DNA of 64,000 bases from a virus, in IMG/VR virus record IMGVR_UViG_3300008259_004660, positions 32,001 to 96,000 of that record, one strand, 5' to 3'. Below, piece by piece: positions 20,851 through 30,737 of this stretch. Under the pieces are notes generated by a model that searched no databases, was not told the DNA's origin, and was given only the letters and a program-made list of their open reading frames with translations. Made by a program: the position numbers and the translations under genes. Position 1 is the first letter of the stretch. Each line of letters starts with the position of its first letter.

Positions 20851-21999
20851 ATGAAATATCTTCCTACTCTGTTCTCTCGCACTTCAACCGGAGCAGTCCA
20901 GCAATGGACCGTTCAGATTGATGGCGACAAGTTTCGCGTCGAGTCTGGACAGACCGATGGCAAGAAGGTTATCAGTGAATGGACTGTGTGCGAACCCAAG
21001 AATGTTGGGCGTGCCAATGCTACAACTGCTGAACAACAAGCTGACAGTGAAGCACAAAGCAAGTGGGACAAGAAGGTCAAACTTGGTTATACAACCGATG
21101 TAACCAAGATTGATACTTCCACATCGTTCATTGAGCCTATGCTTGCCAAGGACTTTGATGACTATCGTGCTAAGATGGATTGGAAGAGTGGCTTGATTGT
21201 TCAGAACAAGTATAACGGTGTTCGTTGCGTTGCTACATTTGATGGTGAGCGTGTTGTTCTAAAGAGTCGCAAGGGTGAGGAATGGATTAGCGTTCCTCAT
21301 ATCAACAAGGACTTGGAAAAGTTCTTTGAGCAATATCCCGATGCTGTGCTTGACGGTGAACTGTACAATTACGATCTGCGTCAGAAACTCAATGAACTGA
21401 CCAAACTTGTTCGCAAGACCAAGAATATCAGTGATGCTGATCTGAATAAGAGTGAAGATATGGTTCGCTACTACATCTATGATGGTTATGACTTTGGTAC
21501 TGCCACCGATGTCTGTGTGAAGTATAGTTCTCGCAAGGCTAAGATTGATGAACTGCTGCCAAAGTATAGCAAGTATTATCGCAAGGTAGATGATGCGGCT
21601 GTATATTCGCAGGAAGAACTTGATAAGATTTACAACAAGTATCTTGATGATGGTGAAGAAGGTGCGATTATTCGTGTTCCTTATGCTCCTTATGAACATA
21701 AGCGTAGCAAGACACTGCTCAAGTATAAGCCCGAAAACGATGATGAGGCTGTTATTGTTGATATCATTGAGGGAACTGGCAACTGGGCTGGAACTGCCAA
21801 GACCTGTACGCTGAAGTGGAATGGCAAGGAGTTTGATGCTACCTTCAAGGGTACATTTGAGCAGGGTGTTGACCGTCTCAAGAATAAGAATGATTGGGTT
21901 GGCAAGACTGTTACATTCCTTTATACAGGCTTGACTGGTCTTGGTGTTCCAAACTATGCTCGCATTGATCCAGACAATTGCTTCAAGGGAGATCGCTGA
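20851..21999 (+). CDS. ATP-dependent DNA ligase
   Basis: PMLAK, QNKYNGVRC (motif I), LDGELY, YYIYD, EGAIIR, LLKYKP, OB-fold tail. Confidence 0.92.
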   Translation: MKYLPTLFSRTSTGAVQQWTVQIDGDKFRVESGQTDGKKVISEWTVCEPKNVGRANATTAEQQADSEAQSKWDKKVKLGYTTDVTKIDTSTSFIEPMLAKDFDDYRAKMDWKSGLIVQNKYNGVRCVATFDGERVVLKSRKGEEWISVPHINKDLEKFFEQYPDAVLDGELYNYDLRQKLNELTKLVRKTKNISDADLNKSEDMVRYYIYDGYDFGTATDVCVKYSSRKAKIDELLPKYSKYYRKVDDAAVYSQEELDKIYNKYLDDGEEGAIIRVPYAPYEHKRSKTLLKYKPENDDEAVIVDIIEGTGNWAGTAKTCTLKWNGKEFDATFKGTFEQGVDRLKNKNDWVGKTVTFLYTGLTGLGVPNYARIDPDNCFKGDR

Positions 22000-22039
22000 T
22001 GCTTGACATTCTATAATCTTCTGCTATTCTATAACCATT

Positions 22040-22678
22040 ATGAGTAAAACTCCAAGAACAGATGAACAAGCAGGGGCGTTAATAGACGCCGAAGAAGTAG
22101 TTCCGGCAGATTTTGCTCGTGAGCTTGAGATTGAGCTAAATGAACAAGTATTGCTCAATGGCAAGGGTAGTGAGCGTGAATATTCTCTGCTTGGAAAGAT
22201 TGAGCGACTTGAGCGTGAAAACTCCGCACTAACACAAAAAAATTCAGAATGGGAATCAGAGCGACTACAGTTTGCTAACCGCTCAAAAAAATTGCACAGA
22301 CTGGAAGAAGAGAATACTGAGTTAAAAGCAGCAATCAAAGATATGCTTCACGCTGCCGACGATCTTGGAATATATCCCGCCGCCACTATTCAACCTGATG
22401 GTACAGAAGTAAAAAGAACACCGCAACAAGAAGGTTATAACGAAGCAGTTATGACACTTGGATCAGCATTGGATCTTATTGCTGCTAAATATAAGATTGA
22501 AGTAGATGAAAATCGCGAAGATCCTTGGTGTTGGTCAAAACCGTTGGCAAATCTGCAAAATCTTATTGAGCAACTTAAGCGTGAGAAGTTGGAACTGTTG
22601 AGCAATAATCAAACTGAAGAATATATCTGCGTGGACAGAGAACACGGTCTGTGGAAACGAAAGGACAAAACTTTATGA
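22040..22678 (+). CDS. Coiled-coil hypothetical protein
   Basis: TTGACA promoter at 22003; 212 aa. Confidence 0.65.
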   Translation: MSKTPRTDEQAGALIDAEEVVPADFARELEIELNEQVLLNGKGSEREYSLLGKIERLERENSALTQKNSEWESERLQFANRSKKLHRLEEENTELKAAIKDMLHAADDLGIYPAATIQPDGTEVKRTPQQEGYNEAVMTLGSALDLIAAKYKIEVDENREDPWCWSKPLANLQNLIEQLKREKLELLSNNQTEEYICVDREHGLWKRKDKTL

Positions 22679-22956
22679 AAGCATACTTTGTATTCTTTTT
22701 ACCAAAAGGCATTCCTGCTCACCCGATTGCAATTTATTTTGACAAGAAGAAAGCATACGAGCATATGAAGACTGCCAACAGAGAATATGTTCAGTTGCGT
22801 CTTTGTGATTGGAAAGATGGAATATTACCTTGTTGGTCAGAAACAAGTTTTGTTGACGTTCCTGTGCCAAAGCCTAAGAAAAAGAAGTTGACAACTGAAC
22901 CTGTTTTGAGTAAGGTTTCAGAAAATGAAAGCAACAATAGAATTCCAGTTACCTGA
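22675..22956 (+). CDS. Hypothetical protein
   Basis: ATGA overlap. Confidence 0.55.
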   Translation: MKAYFVFFLPKGIPAHPIAIYFDKKKAYEHMKTANREYVQLRLCDWKDGILPCWSETSFVDVPVPKPKKKKLTTEPVLSKVSENESNNRIPVT

Positions 22957-23137
22957 AGATAGGCACGAACATCTACGAGCCATTTACGCCACCGAGGCTT
23001 GGTCTGTATTGTATGATATTGACAATACACTTCGTAATGTATTGAAACACGGCGATTACAGATACAAGACTGTAGAGGATCTTGCTACCGCCATTCGAGA
23101 ACAAGCAAGAATCGCGTTGGACAAGATTGATGAATAA
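22925..23137 (+). CDS. Hypothetical protein
   Basis: MKATIEFQLPEDRHEH.RAI, familiar small phage ORF type. Confidence 0.65.
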   Translation: MKATIEFQLPEDRHEHLRAIYATEAWSVLYDIDNTLRNVLKHGDYRYKTVEDLATAIREQARIALDKIDE

Positions 23138-23512
23138 ATGAAAAGAAAAAAGAAACCACAAATTTCTGAACAAGATGCCAATCTATTGTCTTGCTTCATT
23201 GACACTCCAAGTGAGCTTGTGTTTTGGAGTTTCAGATACTTTATTGGTCGCATGACCATTGCCACTTGCTGCTTTGCTGATGGTTTGGCGAAAGGTTGGG
23301 TACATCTTAATCCTCGTATTCAAGAACTTATCAAACGTGAACTTGAAAGAGAGTTTGAGCGTGATGACGAAGCAAGAAAAGACAGAGTTGAAAATCCAGA
23401 AAGCATATTCAAATATTCTCTTCCACTTGGTCACGACTGTGATCGTGAAGCTTGGCAGAAAGTAAGAGATGCCTACACACATGAAGAAAAAAATAAAGAG
23501 TTTCAGAGTTAG
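23138..23512 (+). CDS. Hypothetical protein
   Basis: 124-aa ORF abutting previous stop. Confidence 0.6.
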   Translation: MKRKKKPQISEQDANLLSCFIDTPSELVFWSFRYFIGRMTIATCCFADGLAKGWVHLNPRIQELIKRELEREFERDDEARKDRVENPESIFKYSLPLGHDCDREAWQKVRDAYTHEEKNKEFQS

Positions 23513-23807
23513 CAGGAAATATCTAACTAGCGTTGATGATACACGGACGATAACATTATTTTATCCATCTGGCCAAAAGGTGGAAGGAACGGCGGTTGGC
23601 ACAAAAGATCATCCCAAATTTACAGAGTTCAGAAACAAACTAGAGAAACTTGGTTATATTCAAACAGAAAGAAATTGGATAAATGGAGACAGAGTGTTGA
23701 AGTCATTCATATTAAATGGAATGAAACTAAAAAAGGGTGACAAGTTTGTATGTGCTTGTGCTCTTGAAATTCAAATCAGGGTTTATAAAAATTATGAAAA
23801 AAAGTAA
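23481..23807 (+). CDS. Hypothetical protein
   Basis: ATG 23481. Confidence 0.55.
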   Translation: MKKKIKSFRVSRKYLTSVDDTRTITLFYPSGQKVEGTAVGTKDHPKFTEFRNKLEKLGYIQTERNWINGDRVLKSFILNGMKLKKGDKFVCACALEIQIRVYKNYEKK

Positions 23808-23982
23808 AATATTAGCAATACTTGGAACGGTGATTGGATTAATTATTATAATCATAGGGTTTTTTATGAAAAATACTTGGCAAGTTTGTGCTGGAACATA
23901 TATGATTCTATGGGTGTATGAAGTATATCAAAACCATAAACTCATGCAGCATCTAACAAGTATGCTTGCTAGCAAATCTTAG
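23794..23982 (+). CDS. Small membrane protein
   Basis: Two hydrophobic segments. Confidence 0.55.
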   Translation: MKKSKILAILGTVIGLIIIIIGFFMKNTWQVCAGTYMILWVYEVYQNHKLMQHLTSMLASKS

Positions 23983-24029
23983 TAAATATAAAAAGTTTTA
24001 TATTATATCTCCATATATTTATATAATAT

Positions 24030-24215
24030 ATGGAAAATACTAAATATCCTATCACATTTTTAGATTATACAATAATAGTTCCGATGCCCGGTATAATAAT
24101 GTTTGACGAGGAAATAAATCCCGATGCACTCTGTGTAAGAGATGGCGATACATTTAAAGTTGTTATAGATGAAGGTAGGATAAGATTTGTAGGTGTCAGC
24201 AGAAAGCCGCAATAA
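24030..24215 (+). CDS. Hypothetical protein
   Basis: 61-aa ORF. Confidence 0.45.
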   Translation: MENTKYPITFLDYTIIVPMPGIIMFDEEINPDALCVRDGDTFKVVIDEGRIRFVGVSRKPQ

Positions 24216-24321
24216 ATCAAAAATAAAAGGTTCTAAAATTGAAGTTGATAGTTTGTGGTAACAAAATATTTAACAAGAACTGCTTGACACAAACACACTT
24301 CCAAAGTAATATACTTGGAAT

Positions 24322-24573
24322 ATGATTCAAATAATGGCGATTTATTTTGCTACACTGATCGTGGCGTGTGCGGTAAATTTTCAATATCGCAATGCTATCA
24401 AAGGTGACTATTTTGCCATAGCACTTACATCATGCTTGATTGGGTCGCTCAATTTGTTTATGCTCAAAACAATTCCACATGTAACTCAATTTGGAGAGGG
24501 GCTTGCTTATATTCTTGGTGGAGCATGTGGTGCAATCGGAGCAAATTATTTACACAAAAGATTTTTCAAATGA
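24322..24573 (+). CDS. Small three-TM membrane protein
   Basis: Three hydrophobic segments; TTGACA at about 24284. Confidence 0.6.
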   Translation: MIQIMAIYFATLIVACAVNFQYRNAIKGDYFAIALTSCLIGSLNLFMLKTIPHVTQFGEGLAYILGGACGAIGANYLHKRFFK

Positions 24574-25247
24574 CAAAACTAGTAGCAATTTCAGATACAC
24601 ATGGAAGCCATTGGAATGTGAAAGTTCCAGACGGTGATATTCTTGTACATGCTGGTGACTTTTGTTCTCATGGAAGTATGCCAGATGCATTGGACTTTTT
24701 GAAATGGTTCAACGTACATCCTCATAAGCACAAGATTATGATCGCGGGAAATCATGATTGGATTTGTGAGAGAGATCCAAATCTGTTTACACTCTTGTTG
24801 AACAATTTTCCAGACATAAAATACTTGGAAGATAACGCCTGTAAAATTGGGAATTTAAAGTTTTATGGCTCACCACAAACTCCTCGCTTTTTCAATTGGG
24901 CGTTCAATCGTGATCGTGGTGAAGACATCAAACAATATTGGGACGTTATACCAGATGATACTGATGTATTAATCACTCACGGTCCTCCACATGGCATTTG
25001 CGATGAAGCATACCGTGTTGGATTTAATACCACAGAGCATACTGGATGCAAGGATTTGCTTGACGCTACACTACGTATTGCTCCCAAGCTACATCTTTTT
25101 GGTCACATTCACTATTCTGGTCAAACATCTTATGTTGCTCCAAAAACAACATATGCCAATGTATCTATGCTCAACGAAGCATATTTGGTTTGGGGTAAAC
25201 CAATGATATTTGATATTGACAACAACAAAAATGTGAGCATAATCTAA
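24570..25247 (+). CDS. Calcineurin-like metallophosphoesterase (MPPED-like)
   Basis: ISDTHG, HAGDF, AGNHD, ITHGPP, FGHIH; ATG 24570. Confidence 0.88.
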   Translation: MTKLVAISDTHGSHWNVKVPDGDILVHAGDFCSHGSMPDALDFLKWFNVHPHKHKIMIAGNHDWICERDPNLFTLLLNNFPDIKYLEDNACKIGNLKFYGSPQTPRFFNWAFNRDRGEDIKQYWDVIPDDTDVLITHGPPHGICDEAYRVGFNTTEHTGCKDLLDATLRIAPKLHLFGHIHYSGQTSYVAPKTTYANVSMLNEAYLVWGKPMIFDIDNNKNVSII

Positions 25248-25255
25248 AAAAGTAT

Positions 25256-25573
25256 ATGAAAAAATCTTCACTATCTGTGTTTGGTCTAACGTGTGGTATT
25301 ATTGCAACTGTGATGAGTGGAATATTATTTCCACTTGCGTTGATAACAAATTCATCAGCGGGTATTATATTTTTGGGATTCGTTGCTATATTCATCACTT
25401 TCATAGGTATGGTTGGAATTATTACTTCTACGATAAAACTTCTTATCACTGGAAATGAAATCGTGGTGGATCAGGAAAATAGAATTATAGCAAAACGAGG
25501 ACTTTGGTTTTCTCTAGTTCCTACTATCTTTTGGATTTTTACCTTTATCATGATCATTGGATCTATCAAATAA
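25256..25573 (+). CDS. Membrane protein
   Basis: Three hydrophobic segments. Confidence 0.6.
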   Translation: MKKSSLSVFGLTCGIIATVMSGILFPLALITNSSAGIIFLGFVAIFITFIGMVGIITSTIKLLITGNEIVVDQENRIIAKRGLWFSLVPTIFWIFTFIMIIGSIK

Positions 25574-25582
25574 TAAAATAAT

Positions 25583-26128
25583 ATGAGTACACTAAGAGAA
25601 CTTACATCAGAGAATCACAAAAGAGCAGAAAACACATTGTTTATGCGCTTGTTTATGTCTAGAGGTCTTACAGAAGAAGAGTATATGGAATATATCACTC
25701 AACTATCTGTAATCTATACAGCACTTGAGTTTGCAGCTGAAAAGGTTGGCATTCTACAAGAACTTCAAGGTATTGAACGAGCAGCAAAAGTTCGTGCTGA
25801 TGTGGCTGAACTTAACAAGAAGCTTGGCAAACAGTCCCAACTCAATTGGGAAACGATGGCGTATTACAACCAAATCATACGAATGACTGACAAGAAAGAA
25901 ATTCTCGCTCATTTTTATGTTCGTTATGCTGGAGATATGTTTGGCGGTCAAATGCTCAAGTCTATTTCTCATGGTAGCGGAACAATGTATGAATTTGGAG
26001 ATAATCTTCCTGTTCTTCGCCAGAAAATGCGTGAACTTGCTACACCAGACTTGGCAGAGTATGCGAATGATGCATACAGTAAGAATATTCAAATATTAAA
26101 CGATATTATGAAGGTAAATAGTTTCTGA
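25583..26128 (+). CDS. Heme oxygenase (HemO/Ho1 family)
   Basis: LRELTSENHKRAE (proximal His), AHFYVRYAGDMFGGQ distal helix. Confidence 0.88.
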   Translation: MSTLRELTSENHKRAENTLFMRLFMSRGLTEEEYMEYITQLSVIYTALEFAAEKVGILQELQGIERAAKVRADVAELNKKLGKQSQLNWETMAYYNQIIRMTDKKEILAHFYVRYAGDMFGGQMLKSISHGSGTMYEFGDNLPVLRQKMRELATPDLAEYANDAYSKNIQILNDIMKVNSF

Positions 26129-26129
26129 T

Positions 26130-26807
26130 ATGAGCGTCATATTCGACAAGATGAAAGTACTAGCAAGTGAACTCTATATAGAGATTGCTTCTGGTAATAG
26201 AGAAATTGAAAACTCCGATTTGGCAAAATATGCGTGGACAAACCGCATATTTCGCGGAGATAGATTTCGCCGTGGTCATCTTGAAGTACTAGATACCACA
26301 GAATCAAAGAAGATGTGGATAATGCATATCTGCATCTTTCCTCATCTTGATGATAGTTCTCCTATATTTGGATTTGATGTAATCTGCGGTGCCAACAAGA
26401 TCACAGGAGTATTCCTTGATTTTAGTATGGCTGATGAAAATCATCCTATGAATATTTGGTTCAAGGAAAGAACCAAAAATCTTGTATGGAAAAAAGATAG
26501 AGAATTGCCTGATTGGGGTAAGCGCATTTTTAGTCCAAACATGATTGCCGCTGGACAAGTTAATACTGATGAAGAACTAAATCAAATCATCGATGTGGCA
26601 AAAGATTGCTTGCATTTTTACGTAAACAATGTAGGATTAACCATCAGCAATGTTAGCAGTGTACTTGCGCACAATCATTATTGCGTTAATCAAAAACAGA
26701 ATGTTCATACACAAAGATTCCTTGTGAATTGTGGTTATGATCTGAAAGATGTAAACACATTCATTGACAAACATTTGTTCCCAGAAATTGAACCAAACTA
26801 TCCATGA
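26130..26807 (+). CDS. Ferredoxin-dependent bilin reductase (PcyA/PcyX family)
   Basis: FRRGHLE, IMHICIFP, PIFGFDVICG, FLDFS, LPDWGKRIFS, HYC.NQKQN.HT; adjacent to heme oxygenase. Confidence 0.85.
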   Translation: MSVIFDKMKVLASELYIEIASGNREIENSDLAKYAWTNRIFRGDRFRRGHLEVLDTTESKKMWIMHICIFPHLDDSSPIFGFDVICGANKITGVFLDFSMADENHPMNIWFKERTKNLVWKKDRELPDWGKRIFSPNMIAAGQVNTDEELNQIIDVAKDCLHFYVNNVGLTISNVSSVLAHNHYCVNQKQNVHTQRFLVNCGYDLKDVNTFIDKHLFPEIEPNYP

Positions 26808-27388
26808 GTCCATCACTCGACAAACAACTCTGCGAAAAATATCCAAATATATTCTTGACTCAAGAATTGGGTACCTCATTTGGATTTGAGTGTGGAGACG
26901 GATGGTACAAAGTAATTGATATGCTTTGTATGGCTGCATCAAATACATACAGTACAGGTCTAAGAATAGACAAAGAGGATGCTGCCAAGTATGGCATTGA
27001 AAGTCCAGACGACGAGGCGGGCGAAAGATATTATTTCACTGTAGAATCTCCGCAAATTGTAGCTTCACAAGTGAAAGAAAAGTTTGGTTCACTCCGTTTC
27101 TATTACCGATTGGACTTTGACCCAAGAGTGACTGAACTTATCAAGACAGAAAAGTACCCAGAACTACAAAAGATCGTGGATAATTTTCATTTTTACTTCG
27201 ACGGTATTGTTTATATGGCAGAAATATTGTCTATCAATACCTGTGAAATTACCGGCAGAGAAGGTGAAATGCATGTAAGCAATGGTGGAAAAAACGGATG
27301 GTATAAAACTCTAAATCGTGAATATGCCAAATCTGAAGAGTTTTATGTAAGCCGAAATTATGTTCCATTTAAAGATATACCAAAATAA
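26804..27388 (+). CDS. Conserved phage hypothetical protein
   Basis: FECGDGW ... QVKEKFGSLRFY ... CEITG pattern. Confidence 0.7.
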   Translation: MSPSLDKQLCEKYPNIFLTQELGTSFGFECGDGWYKVIDMLCMAASNTYSTGLRIDKEDAAKYGIESPDDEAGERYYFTVESPQIVASQVKEKFGSLRFYYRLDFDPRVTELIKTEKYPELQKIVDNFHFYFDGIVYMAEILSINTCEITGREGEMHVSNGGKNGWYKTLNREYAKSEEFYVSRNYVPFKDIPK

Positions 27389-27393
27389 GAAAT

Positions 27394-27552
27394 ATGAGCC
27401 AAAACGGAAAAGGAAGCAAACCACGACCATACAGCGTGAAATATTCTCAGTATTGTGAGAATTGGGAAGTAATATTCAACAAAAATAAAACCAAGGATCA
27501 AAATGATAACGATAGACACAAAATTCAAAAAAGACATACAAAGAATTCGTGA
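27394..27552 (+). CDS. Small conserved phage peptide (GKGS.PRP type; not in ORF track)
   Basis: MSQNGKGSKPRPYSV..Y.ENWEVIF. Confidence 0.55.
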   Translation: MSQNGKGSKPRPYSVKYSQYCENWEVIFNKNKTKDQNDNDRHKIQKRHTKNS

Positions 27553-27706
27553 TGCTCATAAAGCTCACAATGACATGATTGATTATTTCATCAAAAAAGT
27601 TGGAGAGCGTGCTGGACTAAAGACAGTAGAAGAACATGAAACGTTGTGGGATCATGTACTAAATGAAAGTAGTTGGACCGTTGAATATAAGAAAGGAAAC
27701 AAATGA
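27503..27706 (+). CDS. Hypothetical protein
   Basis: 67-aa ORF. Confidence 0.55.
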   Translation: MITIDTKFKKDIQRIRDAHKAHNDMIDYFIKKVGERAGLKTVEEHETLWDHVLNESSWTVEYKKGNK

Positions 27707-27879
27707 AAATTCAAATTCAAATTAATGATGAAATCACCGACAGGATTATTCGCGCTGAACTGAAATGGCATAGAGACAATACCAAAGACATTGGTGATAT
27801 GTGCAAAGAGGACAAGAAGTATTTCAAAAAGCTTGCTCCTGCTTTGGATATTGTGAATGAGCGAAGAAGATGCATATGA
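27703..27879 (+). CDS. Hypothetical protein, 58 aa (not in ORF track)
   Basis: ATG overlapping previous stop; TGA 27877-27879. Confidence 0.5.
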   Translation: MKIQIQINDEITDRIIRAELKWHRDNTKDIGDMCKEDKKYFKKLAPALDIVNERRRCI

Positions 27880-27952
27880 ATATTTTGATTTCAACATTGA
27901 ATGCGCTTATGTCGGAGAAAAAACACCAGTTTATCTGAATACAATATCATGA
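27857..27952 (+). pseudogene. C-terminal remnant of a common small phage protein
   Basis: MSEEDAYEYFDFNIECAYVGEKTPVYL; N-terminal half absent. Confidence 0.45.
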
Positions 27953-28374
27953 AAATTGCAATCAATGCAGCACACGGATCATTTGGATTATCTCCAGATG
28001 CAATTAGATTATACTGCAAGAAAACTGGAACACCATGTTACTTCTTTGATCTTACATTTAAAAACAAGGAAAACAATTACGAGGTTATATTCATGCCGAC
28101 TGATACTCCTGTAGGAATGCTACGTTGGTCTGCTTATACAATTCCAAATCCTTCCGAAGTAAAAGACCCGCACAAATACCGCTTCAATGATAATTTCAGA
28201 GATGATCGTGCTAACAAATATCTAATCGAAACAATTGAGGAACTTGGATCCAAAGTTGCAAGTGGACCATTTTCTAAATTGAAGATCGTGGAAGTACCAG
28301 ATGATGTCAAATGGCATATCGCTGAATTTGATGGATGGGAATGGGTGGCGGAAGATCATAGAACTTGGGAATAA
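27949..28374 (+). CDS. Conserved phage hypothetical protein
   Basis: MKIAIN..HGSFGLS ... LKIVEVPDDVKWHIAEFDGWEWVAEDHRTW. Confidence 0.7.
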   Translation: MKIAINAAHGSFGLSPDAIRLYCKKTGTPCYFFDLTFKNKENNYEVIFMPTDTPVGMLRWSAYTIPNPSEVKDPHKYRFNDNFRDDRANKYLIETIEELGSKVASGPFSKLKIVEVPDDVKWHIAEFDGWEWVAEDHRTWE

Positions 28375-28380
28375 AAACTT

Positions 28381-28596
28381 ATGAAACTAGAAGTAGATGA
28401 AAATATGTTGGATGGTATTATTGTTGCCTCATTGACTGACAGCATCAATTGTATTGAATATGAGATCAAACGGTTGAAGAAAATAAAGAAAAGAAAAGAA
28501 TATCAAGAACGTGATTTAGGAGATTGTTTCATTCATCTTGACGCATTGAAACTTACTCGCTATTATTATGGTGGCGCAAAATATTTGCCTAAATAA
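28381..28596 (+). CDS. Hypothetical protein
   Basis: 71-aa ORF. Confidence 0.6.
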   Translation: MKLEVDENMLDGIIVASLTDSINCIEYEIKRLKKIKKRKEYQERDLGDCFIHLDALKLTRYYYGGAKYLPK

Positions 28597-28616
28597 TATT
28601 TAGGTACCCTCCCCCT

Positions 28617-29015
28617 ATGGAATTACATGAAAAAATAGACACCATAGTAAAGGAATATGCGGATGCTATACTCAATCGTGTAAAAAGTATATCACCCAAT
28701 ATCCCCTTGGTATCTGATTTTGAACGAGGTCCAAGTGAAGATGGAAAATATTACGCCTCCGTTTGTGACATTCAAACGGAGTATGGATTTGTAACAATCT
28801 TTCCAGATTTCAACAAAGAAGGTGCCAAAGCTGCTATATTAAATAGAGGATTGGTAAGAGCAATGGATTTGGAAGGATTTAATGAAGATGAAATCAATCA
28901 AGCAAAAGTGTATGGTGACCTTATGCCTTTCACGGAAGAATCGGTGGATATAATTGTGTTGGTGCTCACAGAAGATCTTGGACTCCAACATCAAAAAAAT
29001 TTAGACGATGAATAA
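28617..29015 (+). CDS. Hypothetical protein
   Basis: 132-aa ORF preceded by TTTAGGTACCC motif. Confidence 0.6.
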   Translation: MELHEKIDTIVKEYADAILNRVKSISPNIPLVSDFERGPSEDGKYYASVCDIQTEYGFVTIFPDFNKEGAKAAILNRGLVRAMDLEGFNEDEINQAKVYGDLMPFTEESVDIIVLVLTEDLGLQHQKNLDDE

Positions 29016-29637
29016 CAATAATACTGTAGAATTAATTGGATATTATGGAAGCGATGAAATCCACGCTTGTTCGGCTTGGACTTCTACTAGCAGAGAGATC
29101 ACTGAAGAAAAACGTAATCGCATTCCATCTTTATTGAAGATGCTTGCAGATCATGGGCATCATACTCCGTTTGAAAAGTCAAGCCTTCATTTCCTTGTTG
29201 ATACAGATATTGCGTCACATATTCATATCATCAAGCACCGAATTGGTGTAAGTGTTAATGGTGAAAGCGCACGATATAAAGAAATCAAGCAAGACAAGTT
29301 TCTAATTCCAAATGATTGGCCAACGGAGTGGAAGGAATTGCTACAAGCATATACTGAAAAAGGAAATGAATTGTATCACAAGTGCGTTGCCGATCTTGTT
29401 AACAAGGGATACGACAAGAAACGTGTAAAGGAAAGCGCCCGATTCTTCAAGACATACAACAGCCAAATTTGCGCCGACGTAATGTTTAATTGGAGGTCAT
29501 TCTATCATTTCTTGGCACTGAGAAACAAGCCAGACGCTCAAAAAGAAATCAGAGAAGTTGCCGCCGAAATGCTTAATCTTGTTAAGAACATTGAAGGTAA
29601 TCCATTCAAGCACACAATCGACGCATTCAATCTATGA
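29008..29637 (+). CDS. thyX: FAD-dependent thymidylate synthase
   Basis: HHTPFE, KHR..SVNGESARY, NWRSFYHFLALR...AQKEIR. Confidence 0.92.
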   Translation: MNNNNTVELIGYYGSDEIHACSAWTSTSREITEEKRNRIPSLLKMLADHGHHTPFEKSSLHFLVDTDIASHIHIIKHRIGVSVNGESARYKEIKQDKFLIPNDWPTEWKELLQAYTEKGNELYHKCVADLVNKGYDKKRVKESARFFKTYNSQICADVMFNWRSFYHFLALRNKPDAQKEIREVAAEMLNLVKNIEGNPFKHTIDAFNL

Positions 29638-30146
29638 AATCATTAGACTGCAATACACCAAGGGGTCAAATTTATATAGGCACACAGCTTTCTTGTCATA
29701 CAAGAATAGAAGAAGCGTTGAACTGCGAGGTAATTTCCACAAATACAAAAAGTTCGTCTGACATAGATGCACTACTAGTGAGAAATAAGATATTAATTGG
29801 TCTTGGTGAAGTAAAATCCAGAGAGATGTCATTTGATTTAATTTCCAAAAAATTAATGTATAACGGAAGAGGATACGATTCATATTTAATCACACACGAG
29901 AAGCTTGAAAAGCTAAGAAACCTATGTAAGATATTTAATGTATCTGGATTTCTTTTTGTATCTCTTCTATTGGATGGAAAAATAGCGGTGTGGAAAATAT
30001 GCGACGCTAATGGAAATTTTTGCGTTGAAATGAAAAAAGAAAAAACAAAAACTCAAGCTACTTGTAATGGAGGAACTGCTTTTAGAGAAAACGCATACTT
30101 ATCATTAAACTCAATGCAAATATTGAAAGAGAAAGTTTTGACTTGA
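29634..30146 (+). CDS. PD-(D/E)xK nuclease-like protein
   Basis: DIDALL ... GEVKSR. Confidence 0.55.
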   Translation: MKSLDCNTPRGQIYIGTQLSCHTRIEEALNCEVISTNTKSSSDIDALLVRNKILIGLGEVKSREMSFDLISKKLMYNGRGYDSYLITHEKLEKLRNLCKIFNVSGFLFVSLLLDGKIAVWKICDANGNFCVEMKKEKTKTQATCNGGTAFRENAYLSLNSMQILKEKVLT

Positions 30147-30172
30147 TATATATAAGATAAAAAGGATTACTT

Positions 30173-30733
30173 ATGGGAATGTTCGATTATATCTCTGTAG
30201 CTGATAAGCTTCCTACAAACGCGGAAATTGACGCCGCTGGATTGGATCTTTATAAAGAACCATTTCAAACAAAAGACTTGGATAATGTTCTAGCCACGTA
30301 CTATATCCAAGGTGGTAGATTGTTTGTTGAAAAATATAGATCTTCAACTTGGGTTGCAGATGCAGATGCATTTGCCGGTGGATATCTCGACCGAGAAGAA
30401 CCTTATCAAGAAGAACTAGTAGATTTTCACGGCAAGATCAACTTCTATCATCTTATTGATAAAGATGACAAAGATCATTGGGTTGAGTATAATGCCTTCT
30501 TTACTCACGGTAAGCTAGACAAGATTGAACTGTTTAAATACAGTGTGGAGTCAAATGTTGAACGCAAACAAAGCCTCAAGGAAATATTTGCCAAGAGTGA
30601 AGAGCGTAATAGGATTTGGTATAACAAATATATCTTTCACACAAAAGTATGGAGAAAAGTCCGTAGGGTTATGTTCAGATCTCTTTCTTTGGTGGAAAGC
30701 AGCATCAGTTACATCAAGTACAGATTGCCTTGA
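30173..30733 (+). CDS. Hypothetical protein
   Basis: MGMFDYI ... FQTKDL, common phage family pattern. Confidence 0.65.
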   Translation: MGMFDYISVADKLPTNAEIDAAGLDLYKEPFQTKDLDNVLATYYIQGGRLFVEKYRSSTWVADADAFAGGYLDREEPYQEELVDFHGKINFYHLIDKDDKDHWVEYNAFFTHGKLDKIELFKYSVESNVERKQSLKEIFAKSEERNRIWYNKYIFHTKVWRKVRRVMFRSLSLVESSISYIKYRLP

Positions 30734-30737
30734 TGAC

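Noticed and set aside
26868-26877. Reverse-strand copy of the TTTAGGTACCC motif
   Set aside because: Only the GGGTACCT core matches, it is inside a CDS and lacks the flanking A/T and C tracts.
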